A stretch of 64,000 nucleotides of DNA from Alloascoidea hylecoeti (taxonomy: Eukaryota): assembly GCA_001600815.1 (NCBI GenBank), contig BCKZ01000004.1, positions 372,001-436,000 of the forward strand, written 5' to 3'. Of this stretch, positions 35,630 to 48,743 are shown in pieces. The notes below the pieces were generated by a model. It was not told where the DNA came from and made no database searches. It saw nothing but the letters and a program-made list of their open reading frames with translations. How positions within the stretch are numbered: the first letter of the stretch is position 1; every line of letters starts with the position of its first letter. Position numbers and translations under genes: made by a program.

Positions 35630-36315
35630 ATGTCATCAAATCAAACAACAGTTAAAGCTGCAAACTGGAGACTTGTCGAAGTTGGACGTGTTGTTCTTGT
35701 TAAGAAGGGAACTTATTCTGGTAAATTAGCAACTATTATTGAGATAATTGATCATAAAAGAGTAAGTTTGATTATAAATTCATGATAAGGACAAAATCAG
35801 ATTGTGGACTCAAAAAAATCAGATAAAACAAAATAATTAAATGAAGAACGAATTATTTAATGAAATTCTACAGGTGGAGACTTAGGAATATTAAATATCA
35901 AATATCAAGTTATCAAATAAATAATACAACACCGCATAATAATACCTCTACATACACAATCTAATTTTGTTCAATGCTTCAATACAAACAATAGAATATT
36001 TACTAATCAATATATTTAATATAGGTACTAGTGGATGGACCAGCTACTGATGTTCCCCGTCAACCAATTGCATTAGCTCATGTTGTTCTTACCCCATTAG
36101 TGGTTCCAGGTGTTACAAGAGGTGCACGATCAGTTACTGTTGCAAAGAAATGGATAAGTTCTGATGTTGCAAGCAAATGGGCTTCATCTACATGGGCAAA
36201 GAAGATTGCAAGACGTGAAAGAAGAAGTCAATTAACGGATTTTGAAAGATTCCAAGTACTAGTATTGAAAAAACAAAAGAAATATGCTATTAATAAGGCT
36301 TTAGCTAAAGCATAG
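35630..36315 (+). CDS. RPL14: 60S ribosomal protein L14 (eL14); exons 35630-35761 and 36025-36315
   Basis: [22 protein letters not shown]...IIDHKR|VLVDGP...LTDFERFQV across a 263-nt intron GTAAGT..TACTAAT..TAG. Confidence 0.97.
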
Positions 36316-37278
36316 ATATAAATTTCTTTATAGTAATGTTAATTATAATGCAATATAAAATGGAATTGGGACGATTATATTGTAGCAGTGACTTTTTCAT
36401 TGGCGTATGAGTATATTGAGCCCGCGACTGCAAAAAAAAAAAAAAATATCGTATACTATTTGATTCAAGATCAATGGATATAGCCGTAGGATTCAAGTTA
36501 ATTTTTAGTTAGAGTAATTGTAAAATAAGAAATGGCATATATATATTCCCTATGTATGGACCAACAGGAACCTTCTTTGGTTTCAATGGATATGCATGAT
36601 CTGTAACTCATCGTCCTTTGATTTTAAGAAACTTACAATTTAAGAAGATTAAGAGATCTGTGTACATGTATTTGCCTAAAACAACAAGAGTAAAAAAAAA
36701 ATTAACGACTTATAAGTTATACGATATTGCTTATTGGCGATTGGTGGCTCCTACCTATCAGCCACTGTTTCAGGAAGACGAGTAGTTAGAAATAAATCAT
36801 AACATTCGTACGTACTCTTCTCTTTCTTTTAGTTGCAATTGAAATTCGATTTCCAAAATATTATTATAAATAAACAGAGATTCAAAACGGATTTCGCATG
36901 GAAAGTGATTTGGAAGGCAGTATAAGTTATAGTGATACATGTGCCGGATATTTAATGTGAATTATCTATAAAATTATTCAATTTATTTATTCAATAAACC
37001 TATAAGAAATATAATATGTGAAGACTTACTGCATGAGTAATAGAATTTATTAATAATTAAAATCAATATTATTAATATGCATACTGTTTCAATTTCCTAA
37101 TATAGCAAGCTTAAGCACTACAAACATTTAGCAAATGTTTTTGTATATAAGAAAATATAATTTGAATAAGACTAGTAGCTCCCGTATGGAAGAATTCATT
37201 TCCATGCTTTCTAGTCTATTCTAATCCAGTTTACCCATAAAATAAGGCTTTTATTACAATTTTGTTTTGATTGATATA

Positions 37279-38250
37279 ATGCAGAATTCTCTGCTAAAGA
37301 AACCACCAATTACGGCAGCAATAAATTTTTTTAAAAAAATCCTAAAACGGTAATTAAGTTGTCTATTGCCCTACTACACTTTTACAAAAAATGCGAGGAT
37401 TAAACGGAGTTCCTTTTGGGACTGATGTCATAATAACAGCTAATCTTGGAAAGGTTGCAAATTTTGATTATTTTGTCAAAGAGTTAAATTCTAATCCTTA
37501 AATCAAAAAAATCGTGTCCTTGTTGGATGAATATTTTAAATAAAAATGACTTTGATAAATTATTTTTATTGGATCTCGAAAAAGATCTTATATCATTTGA
37601 GATTCTTGTTAAGATGATCTTTTATTTTAAAGCAAATTTGAAGTTCAAATTGTATTATCAAAAAAATGAAAGATTGGTACATATTGAAAATGATGAAAAA
37701 TCAAAATATGATATATTTAAATCAGCCACACTTTTAAGAAAATTCTGCAAATACAAAGTCGATTATGAAAACAGCCTAAATAGGATGACTTCTGAAGGAC
37801 GAAATGATCCAAATACTTTTGGACACAACTAGTAATTTGAGAGAAGCTGTAAAAAGTAGAAACTACAAATCAGAAATTTCTAGTAAAGGAAAGTGTTTAA
37901 AAAAGATTTGAAAATGAGCTGATAATTAATACTGATGATTTATTTCATAATATCGAAAGCTCCAGATATATTATGTTTTAATCACGATTATTTGGGATTG
38001 AAATCATCTCAACTTAATAATGTGCTAGGTATAACATATATCCTTTCGGTACCTCGACTCGATTGAGAAAACGAAACGAGGTATTATTAAGTTACCTACA
38101 ACGTTGGGGGCGAGATAAGGAGAATGGGAGTGAAAAATAAATAAGATGAGTATTGAATCCTGGCCACGAAAGTCAGCTTTTTCTACAGATTTTGTAAGGT
38201 GTGTTGGGCCACAAGGAGGAAGTGATAACATAATCTTGGGTCAGGCATCA
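37279..38250 (+). pseudogene. Coding-like decayed segment of unknown family, including ORF 37527-37832
   Basis: Successive short plus-strand frames broken by stops and frameshifts; no motif recognised. Confidence 0.25.
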
Positions 38251-38688
38251 GGCATCAGGCTACACTTGACAATTTGATGTTCAATGGATTTTTGAAAGGA
38301 TCACAAGAGCAGTTCCTCGATGTTTTGTTGAAAGCTTTTTTTTTTTGTCGAGTTAAGAACTGTGTTAGTGTACTGATTTCGTCATTGACTACAATGTTTG
38401 TACTATTTTGAGATTAGTAATTATAACAAATATTTACGTTCATTCTATCTTAATAAAATAAGTACACATTATGGTGGGGCAATATAAGGTTTATAGAAAT
38501 TTTAATGAAAATGCATGCAATAGCAATCACCAAAAACATCAATAAACTTGAAAATGTCTACAATCACGAGTCACTTTTCTGTTCTTAGATATGGTGTATA
38601 TTTTAAACTTAAATTTCATATGTATATTATATCGTACAAGTAATCATCATAACAAAAACTAACTGATTAGAAATAAGGTAACCTTTAG

Positions 38689-40982
38689 CTATAGACTTCG
38701 ACCCTGTATTAAAGATGAAAAAAATTGTGGATCAGCAAGAAGAGCAGGATTGTTCGTTATTTCAGGATTTGCTAATAAAACTGATTGAAGATATGCAATA
38801 TCACTACTTGATAAACCCAATTGTGTTAAAATATCATTTGTATTCGATTGTGAATTAGTTACAACCGGAATCGGTGGGGTTACATTAATTGGTTGAGAAG
38901 ATTGTCTCCTCCTTTTCAATGAATTTGAATTAATCACAAAAATTAATATCAACATATTATTTTTCCTATTTTTCATATCTTGTTTAAAATGTAAAGAATT
39001 TAAATAAGAAGGTAATTTTTCTGATGTAGATAAAGATATGATATAAAAATCTTTTATAAGTTGAGGGTTTGTGTTTGTGAAAACACCATATTTTGAAAGA
39101 GAATTAAAATAATTAAATAAATCATTAAATTGAACTTCTTGTTCTGTTGTTGGATGTTCAGGTATGAGTTGCAATTCTAACGCAACAATAGTTTTTGAAT
39201 TTGATACAGCTTGAAGATAAGGAATTGCCCTTGAATCACTTAATCGACCTTCTATATTTAAATGTGATGATCCATTAAATAAAACTGAAAAATCTGCATC
39301 TTTTCCTAACTTTTCAGTACTACCAAGAAAAACAGTTTTAGCATCAATAGTTGTAATATTTGGCATGGACACTCTACCAGTCCATAATGTGTGCCTATGT
39401 TGCACATGCACTTTTACATCCCGCGGTTCTGTGGTTGTAGTAGTATCTTGAATAATTTTTTCCAAGTCATTGTCATCCAATATAGAATGGTGGCCATTAC
39501 CATCAAGTTTAGGTGAACCAGGGGGTGAGTATCCAATATCGGGAGGTGCATAGTGATTAGATTCAATTGGAAGCTGATCCTTTATTATTGAAGGAGATTT
39601 TGTAGTGTCATGATCACTGTATTCACTGCTATCATCTGATGATGTATTTCCACTTAATGTTGATTCAGTAAGAGGGTCTCTATTCATATCAACAGTTGAT
39701 GTTAATAATGAATCTAATGCTGAAGTTTGATCATCATTCTCATCTTCAACTATTTCTTCACCTTTATGAGTTCTTCTTATCCTTTGTCTATTTCCTTCTT
39801 CAACTTTTAAAACAGATTGATTTATACTTTCAGCCCGAACTGATTTTGCCATTTGTTTTAATTCAGGATTTAACATTTCTTCACTTGATAAATTAACTAA
39901 TTCTGTTGATATTAACTCATTTTTAATTATTCTTGATCTAAATTCAGGATTCTTAGGATCTCGAAGATTAAATGATATTGTTCTGAACATGTCCCTATAT
40001 CTTGATCCAACATCTTTTTTATTCCATTTATCAGCTAATTCAGTGAAAAGAGCACTCTCTATATCAAGGGCAAATTTTGTTGATAATTGTTCAGTTTGAG
40101 TTTCGGTAGGTAATATATTGTTTCGCAAAGCTTCTGGAATGACTGTTTTCATAAATATATCGTATAAGGCTTTTGCCACAGACTTCCTTACTTTATCTTG
40201 GATATCAGAAATGGAAGGTTCAGTAGGTTCTTTCGACTCTTTAGGTTTGTTGGGATTAGGGTTGCTGGGGTCCTTGGGGTCAGGAGACGAATCTTTCTCA
40301 ACATCAGAAACTACAGGAACATCACCACGGTCATTTTCATCAGGTTCAAATTCGGGGTCACTATCACACTCGTTGTTAATATCATTCTCATTAACACTCA
40401 AATTAGGATCATTATCGATAACTTGAGATTTATTATCGATAATTTGTGGTTCATTAGTTTCGTTTATTAAAGTACTACTAGGGCTAGAATGAGACTCTGA
40501 TAAAATAAAAGGGCCAGATGGATAAATATGAGGTTTACAAAAATGACAGAAATAATGAGCAGGAAGTTTTTGAACATCATTCATGCCCAGAATACAAAAT
40601 GCATGCTGCCATGTAAGGCAAGCTTCGCATTGAACCCAGACGGTTTTATCATCAAAGTTTGTTAATTCACCTTCTTTACCACAAGCACATCTAACACTAT
40701 CTGGCTCATATACTCTTTTTGTGTCAGCAACAGAGGCAGCTCTAGAAGAAGAACGACGTTTTTTCCTCCCGTTTGATACAGGAGTGGCGGATCGTTTCTT
40801 TGGAGTCTCTGATTTAACTATGATCGCTCTTTCTTCTTCCAGACGCTCACGTTCCAAACGCGAATTTTTCCCCTTATTGGTTCTAGCTGATCTTCGCACT
40901 GGTGAGCGGTTAACAGGTTAGTAATTGAAGGATTCGCAGTAGGAGTGGCAACATAATACATACGCGTTGTTCCAGACATCAT
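38689..40982 (-). CDS. BYE1: PHD-TFIIS_M-SPOC transcription factor Bye1; exons 40982-40964 and 40898-38689
   Basis: 65-nt intron GTATGT..TACTAAC..CAG. N-terminal RRSARTNKG, PHD finger (CACG..CEAC..WQHAFC..CHFC), TFIIS-M RTISFNLRDPKN, RRTHKGEE and SPOC-like WTG/IEGRL. Confidence 0.93.
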
Positions 40983-41041
40983 GTATCAAAAGATTAATAC
41001 TGGTGGACTTGATGAAAATGGGGAGAGTGAAAGAGATCGTA

Positions 41042-41082
41042 GCGTGCTGAAATATACGCGCATGTGCGTATTTTCAGACACG
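41042..41082. promoter_or_regulatory. Palindromic element in the BYE1/AUR1 divergent promoter
   Basis: GCGTGCTGAAATATACGCGCATGTGCGTATTTTCAGACACG. The first 14 nt are identical to the histone promoter repeat. Confidence 0.55.
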
Positions 41083-41231
41083 GCAGTGGAGTTTCGGGGG
41101 CGTGCCTGATCCGGGAAGCCCGATACTTCCCATGACTGCCTCTAATTATTTCCACTTATATAAATCCAAAACCTCCGTTCTTTTAAATTTCTTCTTCACC
41201 CCCCAAAATCAACATCAACAACACCACCACC

Positions 41232-42545
41232 ATGTCCTCCGTCGCCCGTGCCGTGTCCCGGCAATTTAAACAGTTCTTCATGTCCGACAAGCCTCCTGGT
41301 GTTACAGTTTCTGATCTGGAAATGTCGTTCGATGCCACTAAAACCATTACTAAGATGCGCAAGCACAAGTGGATCGCGGCCGACTTCCAGTATGTCGTTT
41401 TGGCCGGATTTCTCTTATTCAGTTTCATTGTCATCGAAAATCCTCCGCTTATACTGCGATCACTGATAGCCTTGCTTTTTGGAGCTGCTCTCGTTCTTCC
41501 AATAACTTCTCAGTTCTTCTTCCCGGCTCTGCCTATTTTCACTTGGCTGATTTTGTTTTATGCATGTCAATTTATTCCTGCGTCTTGGAGACCCAACATC
41601 CACGTCCGTGTCCTCCCAGCAATGGAGACGATCTTATATGGTGGCAATCTTAGTAATGTTTTGGCCTCTTACACCTGTTCTGCTTTGGATTTATTGGCTT
41701 GGATTCCTTATGGTATCGTTCACTATTGTGCTCCCTTTGTGTTGGCTGCGGTAATTTTTCTTTTTGCTCCCCCTAAAACTCTGAGGGCTTATGCATTTGC
41801 GTTTGGGTACATGAACCTTATCGGTGTTTTGATTCAGATTTTATTCCCTGCTTCTCCCCCCTGGTATAAGAATCTTCACGGTTTGGATCCAGCTAACTAC
41901 GAAATGTCTGGTTCCGCGGGTGGTTTGGCCAGAATTGATGCTATCCTGGGTGTTGATATGTACGCCAATGCTTTTGGTGCTTCTCCAATGGTCTTTGGTG
42001 CTTTTCCATCCCTTCATTCAGGTTGTGCAGTAATGGAAACTTTATTCATCTCCTATATTTTCCCACGGTCAACCCCATATGTGATTGGTTATGTTTTGTG
42101 GATTTGGTGGAGCACAATGTATTTAACTCATCATTATTTTGTTGATTTAATCGGTGGTGCTTGTCTTTCATTTGCCGTATTTTACGTTGCAAAATATACA
42201 ATTCTTCCAAGAGTTTCTTCTGATCGTTTTTGTAGATGGTCTTATGAAACTATAGAATTAAATGGTTCAAGTGCTCCAAATTACAAAAAATCTTCCGAAT
42301 TCAACCGTGATTTGGAATTTCAATTACTGCCACCTATTAATACCTCTACATTTGCTGGGTATAACACGCATAATGATTTAGATATGAATTCCCCAAGTAC
42401 AAGTACTTCAGTTTCTTCAACGATGGTATCATTGTTTGAAGAAAGGCCGCTTTCAAGAGCTTCTGTTGGAAGTTCGCCTGGTTCAGATATTCTTACAGAT
42501 GGTGAACTTCCATCTTATTACACAAAACCAATTCAAAAGGATTAA
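41232..42545 (+). CDS. AUR1: Inositol phosphorylceramide synthase
   Basis: LPAMETILYG, PPWY, GGLARID, FGAFPSLHSG and STMYLTHHYFVD motifs. Confidence 0.97.
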   Translation: MSSVARAVSRQFKQFFMSDKPPGVTVSDLEMSFDATKTITKMRKHKWIAADFQYVVLAGFLLFSFIVIENPPLILRSLIALLFGAALVLPITSQFFFPALPIFTWLILFYACQFIPASWRPNIHVRVLPAMETILYGGNLSNVLASYTCSALDLLAWIPYGIVHYCAPFVLAAVIFLFAPPKTLRAYAFAFGYMNLIGVLIQILFPASPPWYKNLHGLDPANYEMSGSAGGLARIDAILGVDMYANAFGASPMVFGAFPSLHSGCAVMETLFISYIFPRSTPYVIGYVLWIWWSTMYLTHHYFVDLIGGACLSFAVFYVAKYTILPRVSSDRFCRWSYETIELNGSSAPNYKKSSEFNRDLEFQLLPPINTSTFAGYNTHNDLDMNSPSTSTSVSSTMVSLFEERPLSRASVGSSPGSDILTDGELPSYYTKPIQKD

Positions 42546-45500
42546 AATTGATTGAAGTGATGTTTCGATCAAAAACACAGATATTACAAACTATCCATCA
42601 TAATAATTCCACTCATACATTTCATCCCTCCCGCCAATATCTGTTATAAATTACAAAAGGCAGTTGTTTGCATTTGAACAATATCTTACTTACTTCAAAA
42701 AGGTTTCATTTTGTCTTTCCAGTTACTCTCCATTTTCACTAATGTTTTTCACATGTTTAAGTTAATTATATTTTTTGCATTCATGCCTACCTGATAATTT
42801 CTTGGTTTTTTTAATAATATTTTTTTTTTCTTGTTTACTTCATTATAGACGGAAATGTTCGATGCTAGACAAAGCAAATTTACTTTGACTCTAATGCTCC
42901 TAATATAATAATGATATCTATAATTATAACCCCCTGTCTAGCTTTATCGACTCAATAAAATGGAAAAATAACTGTCGTTTATTCACATGAATAGATATAG
43001 TTCTGAAATTAATGTTTATGCTTAAATATATGAAGCTTGGTATATTTTAGCGCATTTAATAAATTTAAAGGGTCTTTTTGCCCAATTTCTAACGAAGAAT
43101 AAAACTGACTTGTAATGTATATAACTTATTGTAGTAGAGTAGTTATCACATTTTTGGTAGAATTGTTCAAGACAATAAGATGTTATATATCTCCCCAGAT
43201 TCCAAGCCCAGACATTTTAATAGATGTGGACGGATCGTAATTGTATCGGCAGCTGCATTCCTAAAAATTAAACTTGTAATCATTAAATAAAAGAATGTGG
43301 CGAATTGTAAGAAGGAGATACATAATATAACCCTTGACTTTTGTTGCAATTACAATTCATGCTCACATTTAGCTCTCGGTTGTAAATGTACAGCTGGCAT
43401 TTCATTATATGATCAAGATGATTATAACGTTAACTCCGCTATGGTGAGGTCTTCGAAATTTTGAAATCATCTATTTAATAGTTTATATTATAATATTTCT
43501 ATCTGTAAGACCTAATTGTGTACCTATTATCCCGTTCCTCGGCAATTTTTGAGATGGATCTTTTTTCATGCGTTCAACAACCAGCTCACCAAAACGCTCT
43601 GGGTTAGCGGTAGAACCATTTTTACACAACCCAAAACTCGCCGAATAAGGTCTTTCTACTCGAGAGTAGACACTATATAGCCTTTACTTTTAGCGGGAGT
43701 CTGTTTTGATAATTTACAGTTAGCGATTATGTCGTTGTTTTAAAAATGGAATCTTTTCGTCTCGTATGTTACACTACGATAACCGCTTTAAGAAATCATC
43801 TACACTATTCTTTGATCATAGAGACATCATCATACCAATATGGAAGCCTCCGACTAATCGTGTCATAATGAAAATTTACGTTTTATGAATAGATCTACTG
43901 GTCTCAACGCGCTAAATTTTAGAAAAATTCTCACACCACGGAAAAAGTTACAATGAGAAAATATTGAATAAAGATCATCAGAATTATGAGATTAAATAAT
44001 TTTAGTGATAGTATTTATATCAATTTTATAACAATATGTATTGGCTCCCGGTTTTGTCGTAGACCGTGGTTGTAACAGAACAATGTTGTGATATCTGAGA
44101 CTCCCAGCGCAGTACCTTACAGACATTCTCAACCTCATAATCATAATCATAATCATTATCATCATCATCACCATCATCATTCTTATTATATTCTAATAGT
44201 GTACATATCACATGTAGTACAACTGATTGGAGATCTGATTTTCAACTATGAGAATTCAGTATATCAAGTTTGTTGTCTATATAAATGAAATCTTACAAAA
44301 AGTTACTATTTCAGCAAAGAACAGAGAAGAGTTGTGCCCTTATTACATTATCATAATTACTTAGTTGAAATTTTTTGTAAACTATTACAATGGGTCCTTT
44401 AATTTATCTCAATGATGAAATTTAGATCTAGAATAGTTATTAAGTTATAATATATGTTGGCTTATGGGCTCTTGTTGGTTGATGTCCTTGGATTTATTCT
44501 GAGGCATAGCAAAGTTTTATTATAGAAAGAACGTGTATTTTCTCAAACTAATGTGGGAACTAGCTAATATAGAAGTGAAATTAGTTCATCATAAATATCA
44601 CCCCATATATATGTAACTATGCAATAACAAAAACAATTTTAATATAACTATATATCCAATAATATAGGAAGATAGTAATTCAATACAAGAAATAGATAAT
44701 TGGCTAGTACTTGATATAAAATTAACTTAAAATAAAGAAGATTTAAAAAGCGCAAGGAAAGATAATATCTTTCATCCAAAGCTTCCAGCTATAATTGATG
44801 GCGATGACCTTCAATCTGTCGTATCATTTGGATCATAATAAAAAGTTGTCTTGCTTTTGTAAACAATTTCAATCTTTTCTGTGTTGTTATATTAGTGCCG
44901 TTCAAAAAGCTGAGGTAAAAAGGATGGTTCAATCTACTTTGGATACTATAACTCTGCATATTTAACTCTGCATACTTGTGCTTCCGCAATAATTCAGAAT
45001 GTAGATGCTGGTATTGTATTTATGGTGAAGAAGGTACTCAGGCTGTTATGGTTCCTGATTTTGTGATTACTTATATTAAAGTTTTAAATAGATTACGTGT
45101 ATAGTCGTATACGACAGAAATGATTTCCTTATTTTTGAAATAACAATTTTGTTTTTTTCTGTAGCAAACGAGAGATTCATTTCGATATCATTCTGATGTA
45201 ACACACTCTAGAGACTCTTAGAGAGTATAGCAACTTTTTTACCGAGATATATCTGATTCTACAAAAGCAACATATTTCCCTAAGGAAATAGATATTGTAA
45301 CGGAACAATTGAAGTTAGGAAATTTTTCCAAAAAGTTTTTTGCTGTTCATGATCTTTTTGGAAGTAAGCAAAGAAGAAGAGGATTCATTTTATATGAAAA
45401 TTTACCTGAACAATGAAAATCCATCAAGTTTTTAAAAGAATCTCAAGAAATGTGGGTGGAAATATTGAAAACATAGGCCTAGAAGATATCTGCACTTGGA

Positions 45501-45832
45501 CAAATCACTTCCGGATGCAGGAAACTATATTATGCATATAGCTCATATTTCCACCACAGTGTTCGAAGATCTCTTGATAACTAAGCCACAGGTCTGATTG
45601 TTCCATCAAAAAGTAGCAACTGGGACCCAGCAAGGAATATGGCTATGTGAGTTCAGACAGTATAAGCAGTCCAGGGCTATCATTGCTACTATTAATGGTG
45701 TTAAGAGATTTAATTTATATTTTGCTTTTCGTTTGCTTTTTTTTATGCGTGTTCCAAATCGGTCCGTTTAGTATTTTTTACTTTTCTTAGTCCCCCATCC
45801 ACTTTTCATTCACGGATATATATTTCACAAAC

Positions 45833-48376
45833 ATGATGAGACATCCTACATTAAACAATCTGCCCGACGAAATATTACTTAATATCTTAATCCAAGTTAA
45901 TGACCCCAAAACGCTTAGTGAACTATCACAGGTCTCACACTCGTTCCATAAGTTGGCCTATGATAATAGATTCTGGAAACATCTATATTTACAAAGGTAT
46001 GTCTTTATATTTTGCTAAACTTGTATCTTAATTCTAACGAAAAGTTATAAATCTTCTTTAGATAGCATAATATTATCGATCCAAATGATATCAACCTTAT
46101 TCGAAATCCTTCATCACACATAAGAAATATAAGAAATTTTAGAGAAGATTATAAATCCCGATCCTTAATAGATTCAAAATTAATGGATAAATTAAACAAC
46201 GTTATTAATCATCCAACAACAAGATATCAAACATTACAACGATTATATTCAAAATATAATAAAAAATTAATTCCAAAATTAATGGATATTTGTAATTATA
46301 AAACTAATCATCATTTCTTACAAGGAATATTATTATCATCACCTTTATATAAAAATATTGATACATATTCTATTGATCTATCATCTATTGACAGTAGCCA
46401 TTATTTAATTCGAGATTTAAACACAACTCAAATCTCAAGAATTCGTTATAAATTTTATAAGGTTAATAATAAAAATCTAATTAACACAAAGGACGATTTT
46501 TACAGATTAACCAATTTATCATAAATATCATATTCTGAAAAATTATTTAGAATAATACGTCATAATGATGCTATCGAAATATTTAATGAACTTTTGACAA
46601 ATCCAAAATATAAGAAGAAACCATCTTCAAATTCTACTAATGTCGAAATAAATAATGGTTTAGATGTTGAAGATGCTGTCTTTGCATTTAGTTGTTTTGA
46701 TCAAAGACATTATGAATTATTAATTGTAAGTATATGGATCACATTTTTCTTAAAAATAATAACTAACTAATTTAAAATGTAAATAGTATCGACAACTGGT
46801 ATTAACATTGGTTCCAGTAATAGCAAGAAATTCACCACAAGCATCATGCTTAAATAATCCAACAAGAGGAATTCATTTACTTTTCAGTACTTTTGTGAAA
46901 TTTGTTAACATTAGATCTGATTTAAGTAATTCACCAATTTGTAAGTTTTATAATTTTCACAAGCTTCAAAAACACATATTAAATTTTAACAATTATGGTA
47001 GACCTCAGTAATAACTTCATATTAAGAGTATATGCGGGTAAATCTGCCGGTTCTTCAGCTTGTTTAGTTGCAATAATGTCTGCTCTTGCCAAACAATTTA
47101 ATTATAAAGTTGATGTTGTTTCATTTCCGGAGACTTTTATGCTACGAGTTTATGATCCGTATCATAATAATGATGATCTAAACGTTGAGGATGAAAATAA
47201 TGATTCAATTGACAATAATTATGTTTATTGTGAATTTGGTGAATTTGGTTTTAAATCATATACACGTACATCAATTAAGGAGAAGATTACATCAATTAAC
47301 ATTATCATTTAACAGACAATATATTGAACCAATATCAATTTTTCATTTCATGAGGATTTTATTACACAAAATGGATTTTGAAACATTAAAATCAACTAAT
47401 CCTTTTTTTCCTGCGAATCAAATACAAGATAGATATCGATATAATGATATGCTTGAATTATTTATGTCAAAATTAATAACTCAAAAGTATAATAGAGATA
47501 TTAATGTTAATAATAATAGTAATAATAATAATAATAATGATAGTATTAATTATAATCTTAGTATGGGTGTTGTTTTTCGACATTTTATTGATTACCATCG
47601 ACGTTTTAAAATTAATGGAGTTCATTTTGATGAAGGTTCTCTTGTAACTTTTGACGATAGAAATAATACAACAAAAGTACTCACGTCAACAGATTATATA
47701 TGCAAAGCATTTCCTGAATCCTCAAAAGTTTTGGAATGTTTAATAAATGCTCCTTTAAACTCAATATATTCAAAAACACATTTATTTTTCAAAACATTAA
47801 GTCATTTTGATAAAGAAAAAAAAAGGAGATTCTTTATCACAATCACACATCGACATAAAACCAAAATATTATATCGGACAAGTTTTAAAACATGATTTAT
47901 ATGAACTTACTGGTATTGTATTATCATGGAGTATTCGAAAAAATAGATACCATGATCAGCTTGGTCGAGTAATGTTCGATCATAATTATAGTGCCAACTA
48001 TAGACCTGAAATTTACTATGAATTAATATTAGAAAATAGACTTATTCATGCTTCTGAATCAAATTTGAAAGAAATTAATTTGAATAATTTAAGAAGCCCA
48101 GATTCTTTAAATTTCTTAGCAAAATTATCAAATATTTCAAAATCTAATATTAATATTAGTATTTATTTTAAAAGGTTTAATCCTGGAAAAGGTTATTTTG
48201 AAATGTCAGTTGATATGATTAGAAAATATTCTGATGAATATAATCATTTGAATAGTAATGAGAATGAAAATGACAATGACAATGTCAAAGATTATGGCAA
48301 TGATATCAATAGCGATAATGATAATGATAATGGTAATGATAATGAGTGGGCTGACGGTATACAATTGCAAGTATAA
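45833..48376 (+). pseudogene. Disrupted F-box protein (Mfb1/FBXO21-like, C-terminal YccV-like domain); introns 45997-46061, 46726-46786, 46941-47001
   Basis: F-box LNNLPDEILLNIL; EDAVFAFSCFD..YELL; LSNNFILRVYAG; PKYYIGQVLKH. After splicing there remain an in-frame TAG (46063), an in-frame TAA (46522) and frameshifts near 47300 and in the A-run near 47820. Confidence 0.75.
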
Positions 48377-48743
48377 ATTTTAAATAGCGAGAGCATAGTA
48401 TAAAAGATTGATGAATAAAGACTGAATATTTTTGTGCTACTTATAATTCACATCGTGAGATGTCTTTTAATTTAGATCTATATTGATGTTACTATTTATT
48501 TGCTATTGTTATATAATAACTGATGCTGAAACAAACCTCAAGGTCAATTTCAGGGTTAAAAAAACTAATAATCGATTAATATGTTGTAATATTATTGCAA
48601 TAAATATAACTTGTAATTGTATTAATAATCATTGGAAATTTTACAATTAATTGACATCTTGTTGTATGTATAAATAATAACCAACTTGTAGTAAAGACTT
48701 ATGCTTAGTAGATAAAACATCGTAAAACCTTATTTACGTATAA

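Noticed and set aside
35762..36024. Intronic snoRNA in the long RPL14 intron
   Set aside because: No convincing C/D box pair or H/ACA structure.
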